Part shown: positions 1 through 10,746 of the stretch, piece by piece
How the letters are laid out: each line of letters begins with the position of its first letter
Position numbering within the stretch: position 1 is the first letter of the stretch
From: an uncultured Sphingobium sp.
Lineage (GTDB): Bacteria > Pseudomonadota > Alphaproteobacteria > Sphingomonadales > Sphingomonadaceae
Direction of reading: 5' to 3'
Length of the DNA: 42,518 bases
Assembly (NCBI GenBank): GCA_964408525.1
Contig: CAYOZY010000001.1
Coordinates: forward strand, 1-42,518
Notes under the pieces: model-generated
The model's database searches: none
The model's input: the letters and a program-made list of their open reading frames with translations, nothing else
Told to the model about the DNA's origin: nothing
Made by a program: the position numbers and the translations under genes

Positions 1-262
1 TCGCGAGAATGGGGAGGCCCGGCTGGCGCCGCTCTGCCTCATCGATGGCGGCGGCCAGCACATCGCAGCGCAGCACCATCCCCGCCCCGCCGCCCGCGGG
101 CGTATCATCGACGGTGCGGTGCTTGTCCGCCGCGAAGTCGCGTATCTGGATGGGGTCGCACGACCATATACCTTCAGCGAGCGCGCGGCCAGCAAGCGAC
201 ACGCCCAACGGGCCGGGGAACATCTCCGGGTAAAGGGTGAGGATTTGGGCGGCGAAGGTCAT
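1..262 (-). CDS. trmD: tRNA (guanine-N1)-methyltransferase TrmD, 5' part (runs off window start)
   Basis: Manual translation from ATG at 262: [27 protein letters not shown]...[15 protein letters not shown], the TrmD N-terminus; follows rpsP-rimM. Confidence 0.93.
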   Translation of the reverse strand, partial: MTFAAQILTLYPEMFPGPLGVSLAGRALAEGIWSCDPIQIRDFAADKHRTVDDTPAGGGAGMVLRCDVLAAAIDEAERRQPGLPILA

Positions 263-579
263 TGTGATTTTCGCTTAATGTACGCCTTCGCTGAAAGCCA
301 ACCAGTCCACCAGCCAACAGTTGCAATCAAAATAAGCGCAATGCCAGTCGCTACTCGGCCTTGAGGATTCTCATCAACTTCCAAAGGCACAGCAAATTCA
401 ACCGCGATCAAAGGGACGCAGATCAATGGCAACGGCGCAGCAGACCAGTTGACAATATCCCGATGTTCCATGCTTGGCCGATAGCGCTTCAATAACAGCG
501 CCAAAACATACGATGCCACAGAGACGAGTGCCAGCGGCAGCAAACTGAACAAGACAGAGAATAATATTAATCCTTCCAT
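259..579 (-). CDS. Hypothetical small membrane protein (about 3 hydrophobic segments)
   Basis: ORF 259..591, likely ATG at 579; hydrophobic stretches; stop overlaps the trmD start (ATGA); visibly more AT-rich than flanks. Confidence 0.6.
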   Translation of the reverse strand: MEGLILFSVLFSLLPLALVSVASYVLALLLKRYRPSMEHRDIVNWSAAPLPLICVPLIAVEFAVPLEVDENPQGRVATGIALILIATVGWWTGWLSAKAYIKRKSQ

Positions 580-646
580 CACCCCGCCCAATTCTCTGTC
601 TTCAGCCCCGGCACATCGGCAAAGTCCGACACCTTCTCACACTAGA

Positions 647-1147
647 TCACTCCACAAAAATCGAGTCAATCACCGCGCGGGTGCCCTCGATCTGGGCCGC
701 ATGCATCGGCACCATGAAACGGTTGCCGGATTTGCCGCTCGCTTCGGCGGGTCGCTCGATCTCGATGATGTCGCCAGCCCCGAAATTCTCGATCGCGACG
801 ATCGCGCCCAGCGCCTCGCCCGCATCCGAAACGCAGGGCAGTCCGATCAGGTCAATATGATAATATTCGCCCTCGCCCAGCGGAGGCAGGGCGGACCGCG
901 GCACGGTCAGCTCGGTGCCGCGAAGAGCTTCGGCATCGTTGCGATTGGCGACCTCGGTAAAGCGCGCGACCGCGCCATTGGATCCGGCGCGCACCGATTT
1001 GAGGGTGAGCGTCCGCCCACCCGCATCGAAGCTCGTATAGGGTTTGAGGCTGTCCGGCCCATCGCCGAACAGCTTCAGACGCACCTCGCCCGTAACGCCA
1101 TGCGCGCCGATGATAGCGGCGAGCACAACGGGACGGTCAGCTTCCAA
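647..1147 (-). CDS. rimM: Ribosome maturation factor RimM
   Basis: IIGAHGVTGEVRL, EYYHIDLIGL and GAGDIIEI motifs; lies between rpsP and trmD. Confidence 0.95.
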   Translation of the reverse strand: MEADRPVVLAAIIGAHGVTGEVRLKLFGDGPDSLKPYTSFDAGGRTLTLKSVRAGSNGAVARFTEVANRNDAEALRGTELTVPRSALPPLGEGEYYHIDLIGLPCVSDAGEALGAIVAIENFGAGDIIEIERPAEASGKSGNRFMVPMHAAQIEGTRAVIDSIFVE

Positions 1148-1150
1148 GGG

Positions 1151-1744
1151 TCAGCTCTCGGCCTTTTCCTCGCCGGTCTCTTCGGCGGGAACTTCTTCCG
1201 ACGCAGGAGCATCCTCTTCCACCGGCGCCTCAACCGATGCGGCGTCCGGGTCCGCCGCCGGTGCGTCCGGCGTGCCGCCCTCGGCCGCCTGATCCGCCAT
1301 CGCGGCGGCGTCTTCGGCGGTCGCGGTTTCCGGCACTTCGTCGGCGACGGCTTCGGCTACAGCCTCGACCTCGACGGCCTTGGCGGCCTCGGCCGCCTCG
1401 GCGGCTTCCGCGGCCTTGGCAGCGCGATCTTCGGCGCGGTCCTTGGCCTTCTGACCCGGCTCGCCCTTGTTCGGGTTGTTGCGCGCAGGACGCTCTTTCA
1501 CCCCGGCGGCATCGAGGAAGCGGGCAACACGATCGGTCGGCTGCGCGCCCTGCGCCACCCAATATTTCGCACGCTCGGCATCGAGCACCACGCGCTTCTC
1601 GTCGGTTTTGGCGAGCAGCGGATTATAGCTGCCGATGCGCTCGATGAACTTGCCGTCGCGCGGGGCGCGGGCATCCGCGACGACGATGCGGTAATAGGGG
1701 CGCTTCTTCGAACCGCCGCGCGAGAGACGAATGGATGTTGCCAT
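1151..1744 (-). CDS. rpsP: 30S ribosomal protein S16 with long acidic Ala/Glu-rich C-terminal extension
   Basis: [42 protein letters not shown]; ATG at 1744. Confidence 0.97.
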   Translation of the reverse strand: MATSIRLSRGGSKKRPYYRIVVADARAPRDGKFIERIGSYNPLLAKTDEKRVVLDAERAKYWVAQGAQPTDRVARFLDAAGVKERPARNNPNKGEPGQKAKDRAEDRAAKAAEAAEAAEAAKAVEVEAVAEAVADEVPETATAEDAAAMADQAAEGGTPDAPAADPDAASVEAPVEEDAPASEEVPAEETGEEKAES

Positions 1745-1795
1745 GTACCTAACCTTGCCTTTCTGAAAACAAATCAAACAGTTGAATTTAAAATG

Positions 1796-3256
1796 CTATT
1801 TCTTGCCGAAATTTCCGAATCCGGGCGGAAGTTTGGGCATGTCGCCGCCAGGAAGCCCTGGGAGCCCGCCCGCTCCGCCACCGCCGAGCAAACCTTCGAG
1901 GCCACCGCCTTTGCCGCCCATGCCGCCAAACATCTTGGCGAGGCCGCCCAATCCGCCCATCTTGCGGATCTTCTTCATCGCCGTTTCCATTTCCTGATGC
2001 ATTTTCAGGAGCTTGTTGACATCCTGCACGGTGCGGCCCGCACCCTTGGCGATGCGGATCTTGCGCTTGGCGTTGATGATCGCGGGGCGCTCGCGCTCCT
2101 TGGGCGTCATCGACCCGATCAGCGCATCGAGATGCACCAGCGCCTTGTCGTTCATGCCGCTCTGCGCCATCGCCGCCTGCGCCTTCTTCATGCCGGGTAT
2201 CATGCCCGCGAGCGCGCCGAGGCCGCCCATTTGCTGCATCTGGCGCAACTGCATGCGCAGGTCGTTCAAATCGAACTGACCCTTCGCCATTTTTTTGGCG
2301 AGCTTGTCGGCCTCTTCGGCGTCGATGACTTCGGCGGCGCGTTCTACCAGTGACACCACATCGCCCATGCCGAGGATGCGCTGGGCGACTCGCGCCGGGT
2401 GGAAAGGCTCGATAGCGTCCAGCTTTTCGCCGGTGCCCGCGAACTTGATCGGCGCGCCGGTGACAAAGCGCATCGAGAGCGCCGCGCCGCCGCGTGCATC
2501 GCCGTCCATACGCGTCAGCACCACGCCGGTCAGCGGCACCTGCTCGGTGAAGCTTTTGGCGACGTTGACCGCGTCCTGGCCGGTCAGGCTGTCGACGACC
2601 AGCAGGATTTCTTGCGGAACCGCGACTTCGGCCACCGCCTTCATCTCGTCCATCAGCGTCTGATCGACATGCAGGCGGCCCGCCGTATCGAGCATCACCA
2701 CATCATAGCCCTGCAACTTCGCCGACTGGAGCGCGCGCCGGGCGATCTCGACCGGGCGCTGGCCCGCAACGACGGGAAGCGTGGTTACGTCGCACTGCGT
2801 GCCGAGCACCGCGAGCTGCTCCTGCGCCGCCGGGCGATTGACGTCGAGCGACGCCATCATCACCTTCTTGCGGTCTCTTTCCTTCAACCGCCTGGCGATT
2901 TTGGCGGTGGTGGTGGTCTTGCCCGATCCTTGCAAGCCGACCATCATGATGACGGCGGGCGGCGCCGCGTCGAGCATCAGCTCGCTGCCCTCAGCGCCCA
3001 GAAACTCGGTCAGCGTGTCGGAGACGATCTTGACGACCATCTGCCCCGGCGTGACCGAACGCAGCACGTCGCTGCCTACAGCGCGATCGGTGGCGCGGTC
3101 GACGAACTCGCGCACCACTGGCAGGGCAACGTCCGCCTCCAGCAGCGCGATTCGCACCTCGCGCATCGCGGCGCGGACGTCATCCTCCGTGAGCGCTCCG
3201 CGCCCCCGCAGCTTGTCGAACACACCGTTCAGGCGATCACTGAGCGATTCGAACAT
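1796..3256 (-). CDS. ffh: Signal recognition particle protein Ffh
   Basis: GLQGSGKTTT, DTAGR, DGDARGG, Met-rich M domain. Confidence 0.98.
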   Translation of the reverse strand: MFESLSDRLNGVFDKLRGRGALTEDDVRAAMREVRIALLEADVALPVVREFVDRATDRAVGSDVLRSVTPGQMVVKIVSDTLTEFLGAEGSELMLDAAPPAVIMMVGLQGSGKTTTTAKIARRLKERDRKKVMMASLDVNRPAAQEQLAVLGTQCDVTTLPVVAGQRPVEIARRALQSAKLQGYDVVMLDTAGRLHVDQTLMDEMKAVAEVAVPQEILLVVDSLTGQDAVNVAKSFTEQVPLTGVVLTRMDGDARGGAALSMRFVTGAPIKFAGTGEKLDAIEPFHPARVAQRILGMGDVVSLVERAAEVIDAEEADKLAKKMAKGQFDLNDLRMQLRQMQQMGGLGALAGMIPGMKKAQAAMAQSGMNDKALVHLDALIGSMTPKERERPAIINAKRKIRIAKGAGRTVQDVNKLLKMHQEMETAMKKIRKMGGLGGLAKMFGGMGGKGGGLEGLLGGGGAGGLPGLPGGDMPKLPPGFGNFGKK

Positions 3257-3308
3257 TACAACCCCAAACCAGCGGAAACCCGCGCAAAACCTCGCGTCCC
3301 TGAAACGA

Positions 3309-3352
3309 CGAACACGCCGGTGGGCGAAACCTCGCCGACCAGCGTCGATCCG
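3309..3352 (-). promoter_or_regulatory. Candidate structured ffh leader RNA
   Basis: Minus-strand nested hairpin ACGCTGGT-c-GGCGA-ggtt-TCGCC-c-ACCGGCGT about 55 nt upstream of ffh; an ffh leader motif is described in Alphaproteobacteria, match not verified. Confidence 0.45.
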
Positions 3353-3523
3353 TGGACCCGTTGGCGCATTGCGCCGGACCGTGGATGTTCAGGGTATCGA
3401 ACGATCCTGAGACCGTCCGATTGCTTGGCAGCCCCCTAGGGGAAATGCGCGGGGAAGGCAAGCCGGTTAGGGTCCTGACCCTAGCATCTTGCGGTGCGCT
3501 ATGCGCATCCTAATATTCTGCAT

Positions 3524-4030
3524 ATGACCACCCGTCGGATCATCACCGTCAACGACAGCATGCAAAGCGGCTATCGCTATGAGCTGACCGCGCCGGAGGG
3601 GGAAGATTTTCATCCGGACTTCCAGCCCTTTTTCTCTCCGCAGGAAATGCTGGAGATGGGGGTGTTCGAAGGGAAATATTGCAACGACTGCGCGGGCGAA
3701 CTGCCTGCCGCCTGGTTCGAAAACGCCAAGATCTCTGGCATTGCGGATGAAAATCTGAACTATTTCGGCCTCAAGAGCCGCCAGCCGCTTTCGGTATGGC
3801 GGCAAAAGGGCTGGATATATGGCCCCGATGTGCGCGGCTGGTTCCAATGGTATTGCCGTTATTATCTCGGTCGCCGCCTGCCGGAAATCGACGCGATACA
3901 GATCAGGCGCTGGCGCGCTTTCTCGCGCCATGCGGGTCAGATACGCGCGAATTGCGCGCCGGGAGACATTTTCTGCCGCCCGCGCCAGCGGCAAGCGTTG
4001 CTGCAATGGGCCTATGATCCGCTGATCTGA
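3524..4030 (+). CDS. Conserved hypothetical protein (W/Y/R-rich, GWFQWYCRYYLGRR motif)
   Basis: Globular-looking ORF with GVFEGKY, GWFQWYCRYYLGRR and RQALLQWAYD; likely ATG at 3524. Confidence 0.8.
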   Translation: MTTRRIITVNDSMQSGYRYELTAPEGEDFHPDFQPFFSPQEMLEMGVFEGKYCNDCAGELPAAWFENAKISGIADENLNYFGLKSRQPLSVWRQKGWIYGPDVRGWFQWYCRYYLGRRLPEIDAIQIRRWRAFSRHAGQIRANCAPGDIFCRPRQRQALLQWAYDPLI

Positions 4031-4079
4031 TGGACCGCGAGCCGTGGACTTTCGCGCATTTCGTCCCTAAATGCGCGGC

Positions 4080-4880
4080 ATGGGACGTTTCTCCAAAATG
4101 CATGGCCTTGGCAACGACTTCGTTGTGATCGACGCACGCGAGAGCGCGGTAGAGATGACGCCTGCCCGCGCGCGCGCAATCGCGAACCGGCACACCGGCA
4201 TCGGTTGCGACCAACTCATCCTTGTCGGCGCCTCGGACAAAGCGGATGTGTTGATGCGCATCTTCAACGCCGATGGGAGCGAGGTGGAGGCGTGCGGCAA
4301 TGCGACGCGCTGCATCCCGTTGTTCGTGGGTCGTGACGTGACTATCGAGACGAAAGCAGGCGTGCTTGAAGCGAGGCGTGCTGCGGAAGGCGTGAGCGTC
4401 GACATGGGCGCGCCGCGCTTTGAGTGGGACGCCATACCGCTGGCCTATGCGATGGACACGCTCTCCATGCCGGTGAGCTGGGAGGATCTGCCCGCGCCCG
4501 CCGCCGTCAATGTCGGCAATCCGCACATGATCTTCTTCGTCGATGATCTGGATGCCGTGGACGTGGAAAGGCTTGGACCGATGATCGAGCATGATCCGCT
4601 CTTCCCGGAGCGCGTGAACGTCAACTTCGCGCAGATTATGGGGCCGAAGCGCATCCGCCTTATAGTGTGGGAGCGTGGCGCAGGGCTGACGCAGGCCTGC
4701 GGCACCGGCGCTTGCGCGACTGCCGTTGCCGCGATCCGTCGCGGGCTGGTGCGCGGGCCGGTGACGGTTTCGTTGCCGGGGGGCGATCTGGTGATCGACT
4801 GGCGGACCGGCGCGCCGATCATGATGAGCGGCCCGGCGACGTTCGTTTTTTCCGGCGAGGCCGACTGGGAAAGCTTCTGA
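4080..4880 (+). CDS. dapF: Diaminopimelate epimerase
   Basis: FSKMHGLGNDF, EACGNATRC, VGNPH, WERGAGLTQACGTGACA. Confidence 0.97.
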   Translation: MGRFSKMHGLGNDFVVIDARESAVEMTPARARAIANRHTGIGCDQLILVGASDKADVLMRIFNADGSEVEACGNATRCIPLFVGRDVTIETKAGVLEARRAAEGVSVDMGAPRFEWDAIPLAYAMDTLSMPVSWEDLPAPAAVNVGNPHMIFFVDDLDAVDVERLGPMIEHDPLFPERVNVNFAQIMGPKRIRLIVWERGAGLTQACGTGACATAVAAIRRGLVRGPVTVSLPGGDLVIDWRTGAPIMMSGPATFVFSGEADWESF

Positions 4881-6124
4881 TGTCGGGGGCAGAGGTCATC
4901 ACCTTCGGCTGCCGCCTCAACATCGCCGAAAGCGAAGCGATGCGCGCCCTCGCTGGCGGCGAGGATAATCTCGTCATCGTCAATAGCTGCGCTGTGACCG
5001 GCGAGGCGGTGCGACAGGCGCGGCAGGCGATCCGCCGTGCGCGGCGCGCCCGCCCCGAAGCGCGGATCGTCGTTACCGGCTGCGCGGCGCAGACAGACCC
5101 GGCGATGTTCGCGGCCATGCCGGAGGTCGATCAGGTGGTCGGCAATCGGGAGAAGATGCAGGCAGATGCCTTTGCTCCCGCTGCTGAAAGAGTGCACGTT
5201 TCCGACATCATGGCGGTGCGCGAGACCGCGCCGCATCTCATCTCCGCCTTTGCCGATCATGCCCGCGCCTTTGTCGAGGTTCAGAATGGCTGCGACCATC
5301 GCTGCACCTTCTGCATTATCCCCTATGGCCGGGGGAACAGCCGCTCGGTCCCGGCGGGCGCGGTGGTCGATCGCATCAAGGCGCTGGTCGACGAAGGCTA
5401 TAAGGAGGTCGTGCTCACAGGCGTCGATGTGACGAGCTATGGCGCCGACCTGCCGGGCGCGCCGACGCTGGGCGCGCTGATCGAGCGGATACTCACGCAT
5501 GTGCCGGGGATGCCCCGCCTGCGGCTTTCCTCGCTCGACAGCGTGGAGATCGACGACCGCCTGTTCGCGCTGGTGACTCAGGAAAGCCGGGTGATGCCGC
5601 ATCTCCATCTCTCGCTGCAATCGGGTGACGACATGATCCTGAAACGCATGAAGCGCCGCCACAGCCGCGCGGACGCAGTTCGCATCGTCGAGCGGCTGCT
5701 CGATGCCCGGCCGGAGATCAGCATCGGCGCGGACATCATCGCCGGTTTTCCGACCGAGACCCAGGAGATGTTCGAGGGCAGCCTGGAGCTGGTGAGCGAT
5801 TGCCGCATCGTTCACGGCCATATCTTCCCTTACAGCCCTCGCAAAGGTACACCTGCGGCGAAGATGCCTCAGGTCGAGGCACGGGTGATAAAGGACCGCG
5901 CGGCGCAGCTGCGCGCGGCCTGCGCCGACAATCGCGCAAGCTGGCTGCGCTCGCTGGTCGGCACGCGTCAGAGCGTGGTCGCGGAAGGCGACGGAACCAT
6001 GGGGCATGCCGGGAATTTTGCTCCAGTGCGCCTTTCCGTCCCAAAATCACGCGGCGAAATCCACGCCGCGACCATCTCCGGGGTTGAGAATGGCGTACTT
6101 ATCGAGCAAGAGCCTGCCCGATGA
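4880..6124 (+). CDS. mtaB: tRNA t6A methylthiotransferase MtaB (radical SAM)
   Basis: TFGCRLNIAES, NSCAVT, CDHRCTFC radical-SAM motif; ATG overlaps the dapF stop. Confidence 0.93.
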   Translation: MSGAEVITFGCRLNIAESEAMRALAGGEDNLVIVNSCAVTGEAVRQARQAIRRARRARPEARIVVTGCAAQTDPAMFAAMPEVDQVVGNREKMQADAFAPAAERVHVSDIMAVRETAPHLISAFADHARAFVEVQNGCDHRCTFCIIPYGRGNSRSVPAGAVVDRIKALVDEGYKEVVLTGVDVTSYGADLPGAPTLGALIERILTHVPGMPRLRLSSLDSVEIDDRLFALVTQESRVMPHLHLSLQSGDDMILKRMKRRHSRADAVRIVERLLDARPEISIGADIIAGFPTETQEMFEGSLELVSDCRIVHGHIFPYSPRKGTPAAKMPQVEARVIKDRAAQLRAACADNRASWLRSLVGTRQSVVAEGDGTMGHAGNFAPVRLSVPKSRGEIHAATISGVENGVLIEQEPAR

Positions 6125-7053
6125 GTGAAGACGCACCCAAAAGCTGGCGCGAGCGCCTGTTCGGCGGCCTGAAGCGCACATCGGAAAAGCTGGGCGACAA
6201 TCTGACCGGACTGTTCGCCAAGCCGCTTGACGACCAGACGCTCGATGAGATTGAGGAAGCGCTAATCGTTTCGGACCTCGGTCCCAGCATGGCTATGCGC
6301 ATCCGCGACCGGCTGGCGACAGGGCGCTTCAAGCAGACGATCACCGAGGAATATTTGCGCGAGGTGATCGCGGACGAGGTTGAAAATGTGCTGCGGCCGG
6401 TGGCGAAACCGCTGGTGGCGAAAGACATGCGCCCGCAGGTTATTCTCGTGATCGGCGTCAACGGATCGGGCAAGACGACGACCATCGCCAAGCTCGCCAA
6501 GCGCTTCCAGGAGCAGGGCAAATCGGTGATGCTGGCGGCGGGCGACACATTTCGCGCGGCGGCGATCGGCCAGCTGAAAATCTGGGCGGAGCGCATCGGT
6601 GTACCCATTGTTTCCGGCAAGGAAGGCGGTGATGCGGCGGGCCTCGCGTTCGAGGCGGTGAAGCGGGCCACCGAGCTGGGCATCGACATATTGATCGTCG
6701 ACACCGCCGGGCGATTGCAGAATCGCACCGAGCTGATGGACGAGCTGGCGAAGATCCGCCGTGTGCTCGGAAGGCTCGATCCCGCCAGCCCGCATGATGT
6801 GGTGCTGGTGCTCGATGCCACATCGGGGAACAATGTGCTCAGCCAGATCGAGGTGTTCCGCGAGGTCGCGCAGGTGACGGGCCTCGTCATGACCAAGCTG
6901 GATGGCACCGCGCGCGGCGGCATGCTGGTCGCGGCGGCGGAGAAATATGGCCTGCCCATCCATGCCATCGGCATCGGCGAGACTATCGACGATCTGCGCC
7001 CGTTCGATGCCGCCGACATGGCGAAGGCGATAGCCGGGAGCGCCTATGCCTGA
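6121..7053 (+). CDS. ftsY: SRP receptor FtsY
   Basis: GVNGSGKTTT, DTFRAAA, DTAGRLQ, TKLDGTARGG. Confidence 0.97.
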   Translation: MSEDAPKSWRERLFGGLKRTSEKLGDNLTGLFAKPLDDQTLDEIEEALIVSDLGPSMAMRIRDRLATGRFKQTITEEYLREVIADEVENVLRPVAKPLVAKDMRPQVILVIGVNGSGKTTTIAKLAKRFQEQGKSVMLAAGDTFRAAAIGQLKIWAERIGVPIVSGKEGGDAAGLAFEAVKRATELGIDILIVDTAGRLQNRTELMDELAKIRRVLGRLDPASPHDVVLVLDATSGNNVLSQIEVFREVAQVTGLVMTKLDGTARGGMLVAAAEKYGLPIHAIGIGETIDDLRPFDAADMAKAIAGSAYA

Positions 7054-7687
7054 AACATCTGCCACCCCCGCCGCCAAGCCCGCGCACAGCGGCAACCTCT
7101 CGCTCGCGCTCGATTTCGGGCCGCTGCTGGTGTTCTTTCTCGCCTATAAATTTTACGGCGTCATCATCGGTACCGGCGCCTTCATGGCGGCGATCGCGCT
7201 CGCGGTCATCGTCTCGAAGGTAAAGCTTGGCAAGGTTTCGCCGATGCTGTGGCTTTCGGCGGTGCTGGTGATCTTCTTCGGCGGGCTGACCATTTATTTC
7301 CACGACCAGCGCTTCATTCAGATCAAGCCGACAATCATCTACGGCTTTTTCGCGGCGATGCTGGTGGGTGGCCTGATGCGCGGCAAGCCCTTGCTCAAAT
7401 ATCTGCTTCAGGCCGCCTATGACGGGCTATCGGAAGAGGGCTGGATGAAGCTGTCGCGAAACTGGGCCTTTTTCTTCGTCGCGATGGCCATGGCAAACGA
7501 GGTGATGCGGGCTACCCTGAGCTTCGATGCATGGCTGGCGGTAAAGGTATGGGGCGTCACGATCGTTTCGTTCCTGTTTGCCGCCGCCAATATACCGATG
7601 CTGCTCAAGCATGGGCTGGTTCTGGACAAAAGCGATGCCGGCGCGGCGGAAGAGGCCGTCGCCAGAGGGGACCCGCCTCAGGGCTGA
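7046..7687 (+). CDS. ispZ: Inner membrane septation protein IspZ/YciB
   Basis: LDFGPLLVFF, FIQIKPTIIY, WMKLSRNWAFFF; directly after ftsY. Confidence 0.9.
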   Translation: MPETSATPAAKPAHSGNLSLALDFGPLLVFFLAYKFYGVIIGTGAFMAAIALAVIVSKVKLGKVSPMLWLSAVLVIFFGGLTIYFHDQRFIQIKPTIIYGFFAAMLVGGLMRGKPLLKYLLQAAYDGLSEEGWMKLSRNWAFFFVAMAMANEVMRATLSFDAWLAVKVWGVTIVSFLFAAANIPMLLKHGLVLDKSDAGAAEEAVARGDPPQG

Positions 7688-7700
7688 TAACAGCCCGCGC

Positions 7701-7910
7701 TCAGTCGTCGAAACCGATTGCGCCCGCAATCCTGTCGCGCACGGCCTTGATGCGCGCGGCGGCCTCGGAAAAGGTCGCGACATCGGCGCGATTGCCGTTG
7801 GCGCGGGCGTCCTTCACCGAATCCTCATAGCCTTCCATGTCGGCATCCAGCGCATCGACGATGATTTCCGCCTCGTCCAGCGTGAAGGTGAAATCGAAAC
7901 TTTTGCTCAT
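7701..7910 (-). CDS. Small hypothetical protein
   Basis: ATG at 7910 with purine-rich upstream sequence; helical acidic 69-aa product. Confidence 0.6.
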   Translation of the reverse strand: MSKSFDFTFTLDEAEIIVDALDADMEGYEDSVKDARANGNRADVATFSEAAARIKAVRDRIAGAIGFDD

Positions 7911-8058
7911 CCTGCCCCTTTCAAAGCCCATTATGGAAGGGGCCGTCCCCCGTTCCTTGCTATTATGCGATTATCGACAAAAGCGGTTCCCGCTTGTTGT
8001 CATCGCACTTCGGAAGAGCGGCCCATTCTATCGAATAATTTTTTCTGTGCCAGACGCC

Positions 8059-8685
8059 TCAGGCGTCCTCGGTCACTTTCTGGTCGGCGCGCGACACGCC
8101 CTCGCCATCGAGATTCTGCGAGACAAAATCCCAGTTAATCGCATTCTTCAGTATCTTCTCCGCATAGCTGGGCCGCGCATTGCGATAGTCGATATAATAG
8201 GCATGCTCCCACACGTCGAGGATGAAGAGCGGCTGGACATCGTCATAGGCGGCCGGGGTGTCGGCGTCATGATAGGACGCAACCTCCAGCGTTCCTCGCT
8301 TTAGCACCAGCGCTGCCCAGCCGCTGGCGAAATGACCGACGGCCTCGGCCTTCAGCTTCTCGATCAGCGCCTCGGTGCTGCCAAAGGCCTTATCGATTTT
8401 GGCCTGAAGTTCTGCGCTCGGCGCCGTCTTTTCCGGGGAGAGGCCGAGCCAGTAAAAGGTGTGATTCCATATCTGGCCGACCTGATTGAACAAGCCGCCT
8501 TTGGAGGAACGGATCAGCTCGACCAGCGATTTGCCTTGCAACGCAGCATCGGCCGCGACCAGTTCATTCGCCTTGACGACATAGGCGTTGTGATGCTTGC
8601 CATGATGATAGTCGAAGGTTTCGGCGCTGATGAGATCGCCAAAGGCGTCCTTGGAATAGGGCAAATCGGGGAGTTTGAAGGTCAT
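8059..8685 (-). CDS. sodB: Fe/Mn superoxide dismutase (probably Fe type)
   Basis: MTFKLPDLPY, HHGKHHNAYV, QIWNHTFYW, DVWEHAYY. Confidence 0.95.
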   Translation of the reverse strand: MTFKLPDLPYSKDAFGDLISAETFDYHHGKHHNAYVVKANELVAADAALQGKSLVELIRSSKGGLFNQVGQIWNHTFYWLGLSPEKTAPSAELQAKIDKAFGSTEALIEKLKAEAVGHFASGWAALVLKRGTLEVASYHDADTPAAYDDVQPLFILDVWEHAYYIDYRNARPSYAEKILKNAINWDFVSQNLDGEGVSRADQKVTEDA

Positions 8686-8916
8686 GATCCGTTTCCTGTG
8701 AAAGCTGGTCAGGTGATGGGGTTGTGCGACGATAACGCGCCACATAGCGGGAAGCTCCACCCCATGCCTGAAACATGCGTTGCATGGCAACATGACGAAT
8801 CAGGAGAAAATCGCGCAGCGATTAAACATGTGACATTCCAAGGCCTATAGCTTAATATCATCGCTGCAACAGCACGGTTCACCGTGTTCCTGGCGTATGA
8901 AACTATGGGGGAAGCC

Positions 8917-9480
8917 ATGGCAAAATTTTTCGGAAATCTTCATATGGTGCTGGTCGTCGGCCTGCTGCTGACGATCGCGGTCATTTTCGGTGTCGGCCCG
9001 AACGGGGAAGCGGTGAACGCCGCGTTCCGCTGGCTGCATCTGTTCTTCGGCGCGCTGTGGATCGGCCTGCTCTATTATTTCAACTTTGTGCAGATTCCGA
9101 CCATGCCGAAAATCCCAGCGGAACTGAAGCCCGCCGTTTCGAAGCATATCGCTCCGGCAGCGCTGTTCTTCTTTCGCTGGGGCGCGGCGTTCACCGTGCT
9201 GACCGGCCTCGTCGTCGCGCATCTGACCGGCTATCTGCACGAAGCGCTGATGCTGCGCGAGCCGTTCAAGCTGATTGGCATCGGCATGTGGCTGGCGCTC
9301 ATCATGGCGTTCAATGTCTGGTTCATCATATGGCCGAACCAGAAGAAGGCGCTGGGACTGGTGGAAGCGGACGACGCGACCAAGGCGAAAGCTGCGACGA
9401 TGGCAATGATCTTCAGCCGCACCAACACGCTGCTGTCGCTGCCGATGTTCTATTGCATGATCAACGCCAATCACGGATGA
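8917..9480 (+). CDS. Membrane protein of the urate hydroxylase PuuD / Urate_ox_N-like family
   Basis: FRWLHLFFGALWIGLLYYFNF, MAFNVWFIIWPNQKK and SRTNTLLSLP motifs. Confidence 0.7.
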   Translation: MAKFFGNLHMVLVVGLLLTIAVIFGVGPNGEAVNAAFRWLHLFFGALWIGLLYYFNFVQIPTMPKIPAELKPAVSKHIAPAALFFFRWGAAFTVLTGLVVAHLTGYLHEALMLREPFKLIGIGMWLALIMAFNVWFIIWPNQKKALGLVEADDATKAKAATMAMIFSRTNTLLSLPMFYCMINANHG

Positions 9481-9498
9481 TCGAGGCAATGTTGTTTG

Positions 9499-9536
9499 AA
9501 AAGCGCTGGCCGGGCCGAAGTGTCCGGCCGGTGTTT

Positions 9537-9538
<2 letters not shown>
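9499..9538 (+). terminator. Intrinsic terminator between convergent genes
   Basis: AAAAGCGCTGGCCGGGC-cgaagt-GTCCGGCCGGTGTTTTT hairpin ending in a T-tract. Confidence 0.65.
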
Positions 9539-10562
<1,024 letters not shown>

Positions 10563-10663
10563 ATGCCAAATATTAGCAAAAAACGCGATATTATAGCAAT
10601 AAATTTTATTCGTTCGATCTTTCAAAGATATAAGAAACGGCAGATTGCAGCCAATTCCTGAAA

Positions 10664-10680
10664 TTGGCACGGCTCGTGCA
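10664..10680 (+). promoter_or_regulatory. Sigma54 (-24/-12) promoter of the psp operon
   Basis: TTGGCACGGCTCGTGCA with exact GG-N10-GC spacing, next to pspF. Confidence 0.85.
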
Positions 10681-10746
10681 AATCTCCTGGCATGATCGGC
10701 AGCAGGGCGTTGCGGATCACATGTTTCAAACGAACAGGGGAATATC

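Noticed and set aside
701-2353. Long antisense ORFs (e.g. 701-2353, 4445-6007, 12227-13468, 21560-23125, 35662-36738)
   Set aside because: Shadow frames opposite well-recognised genes, expected in GC-rich DNA; no motifs
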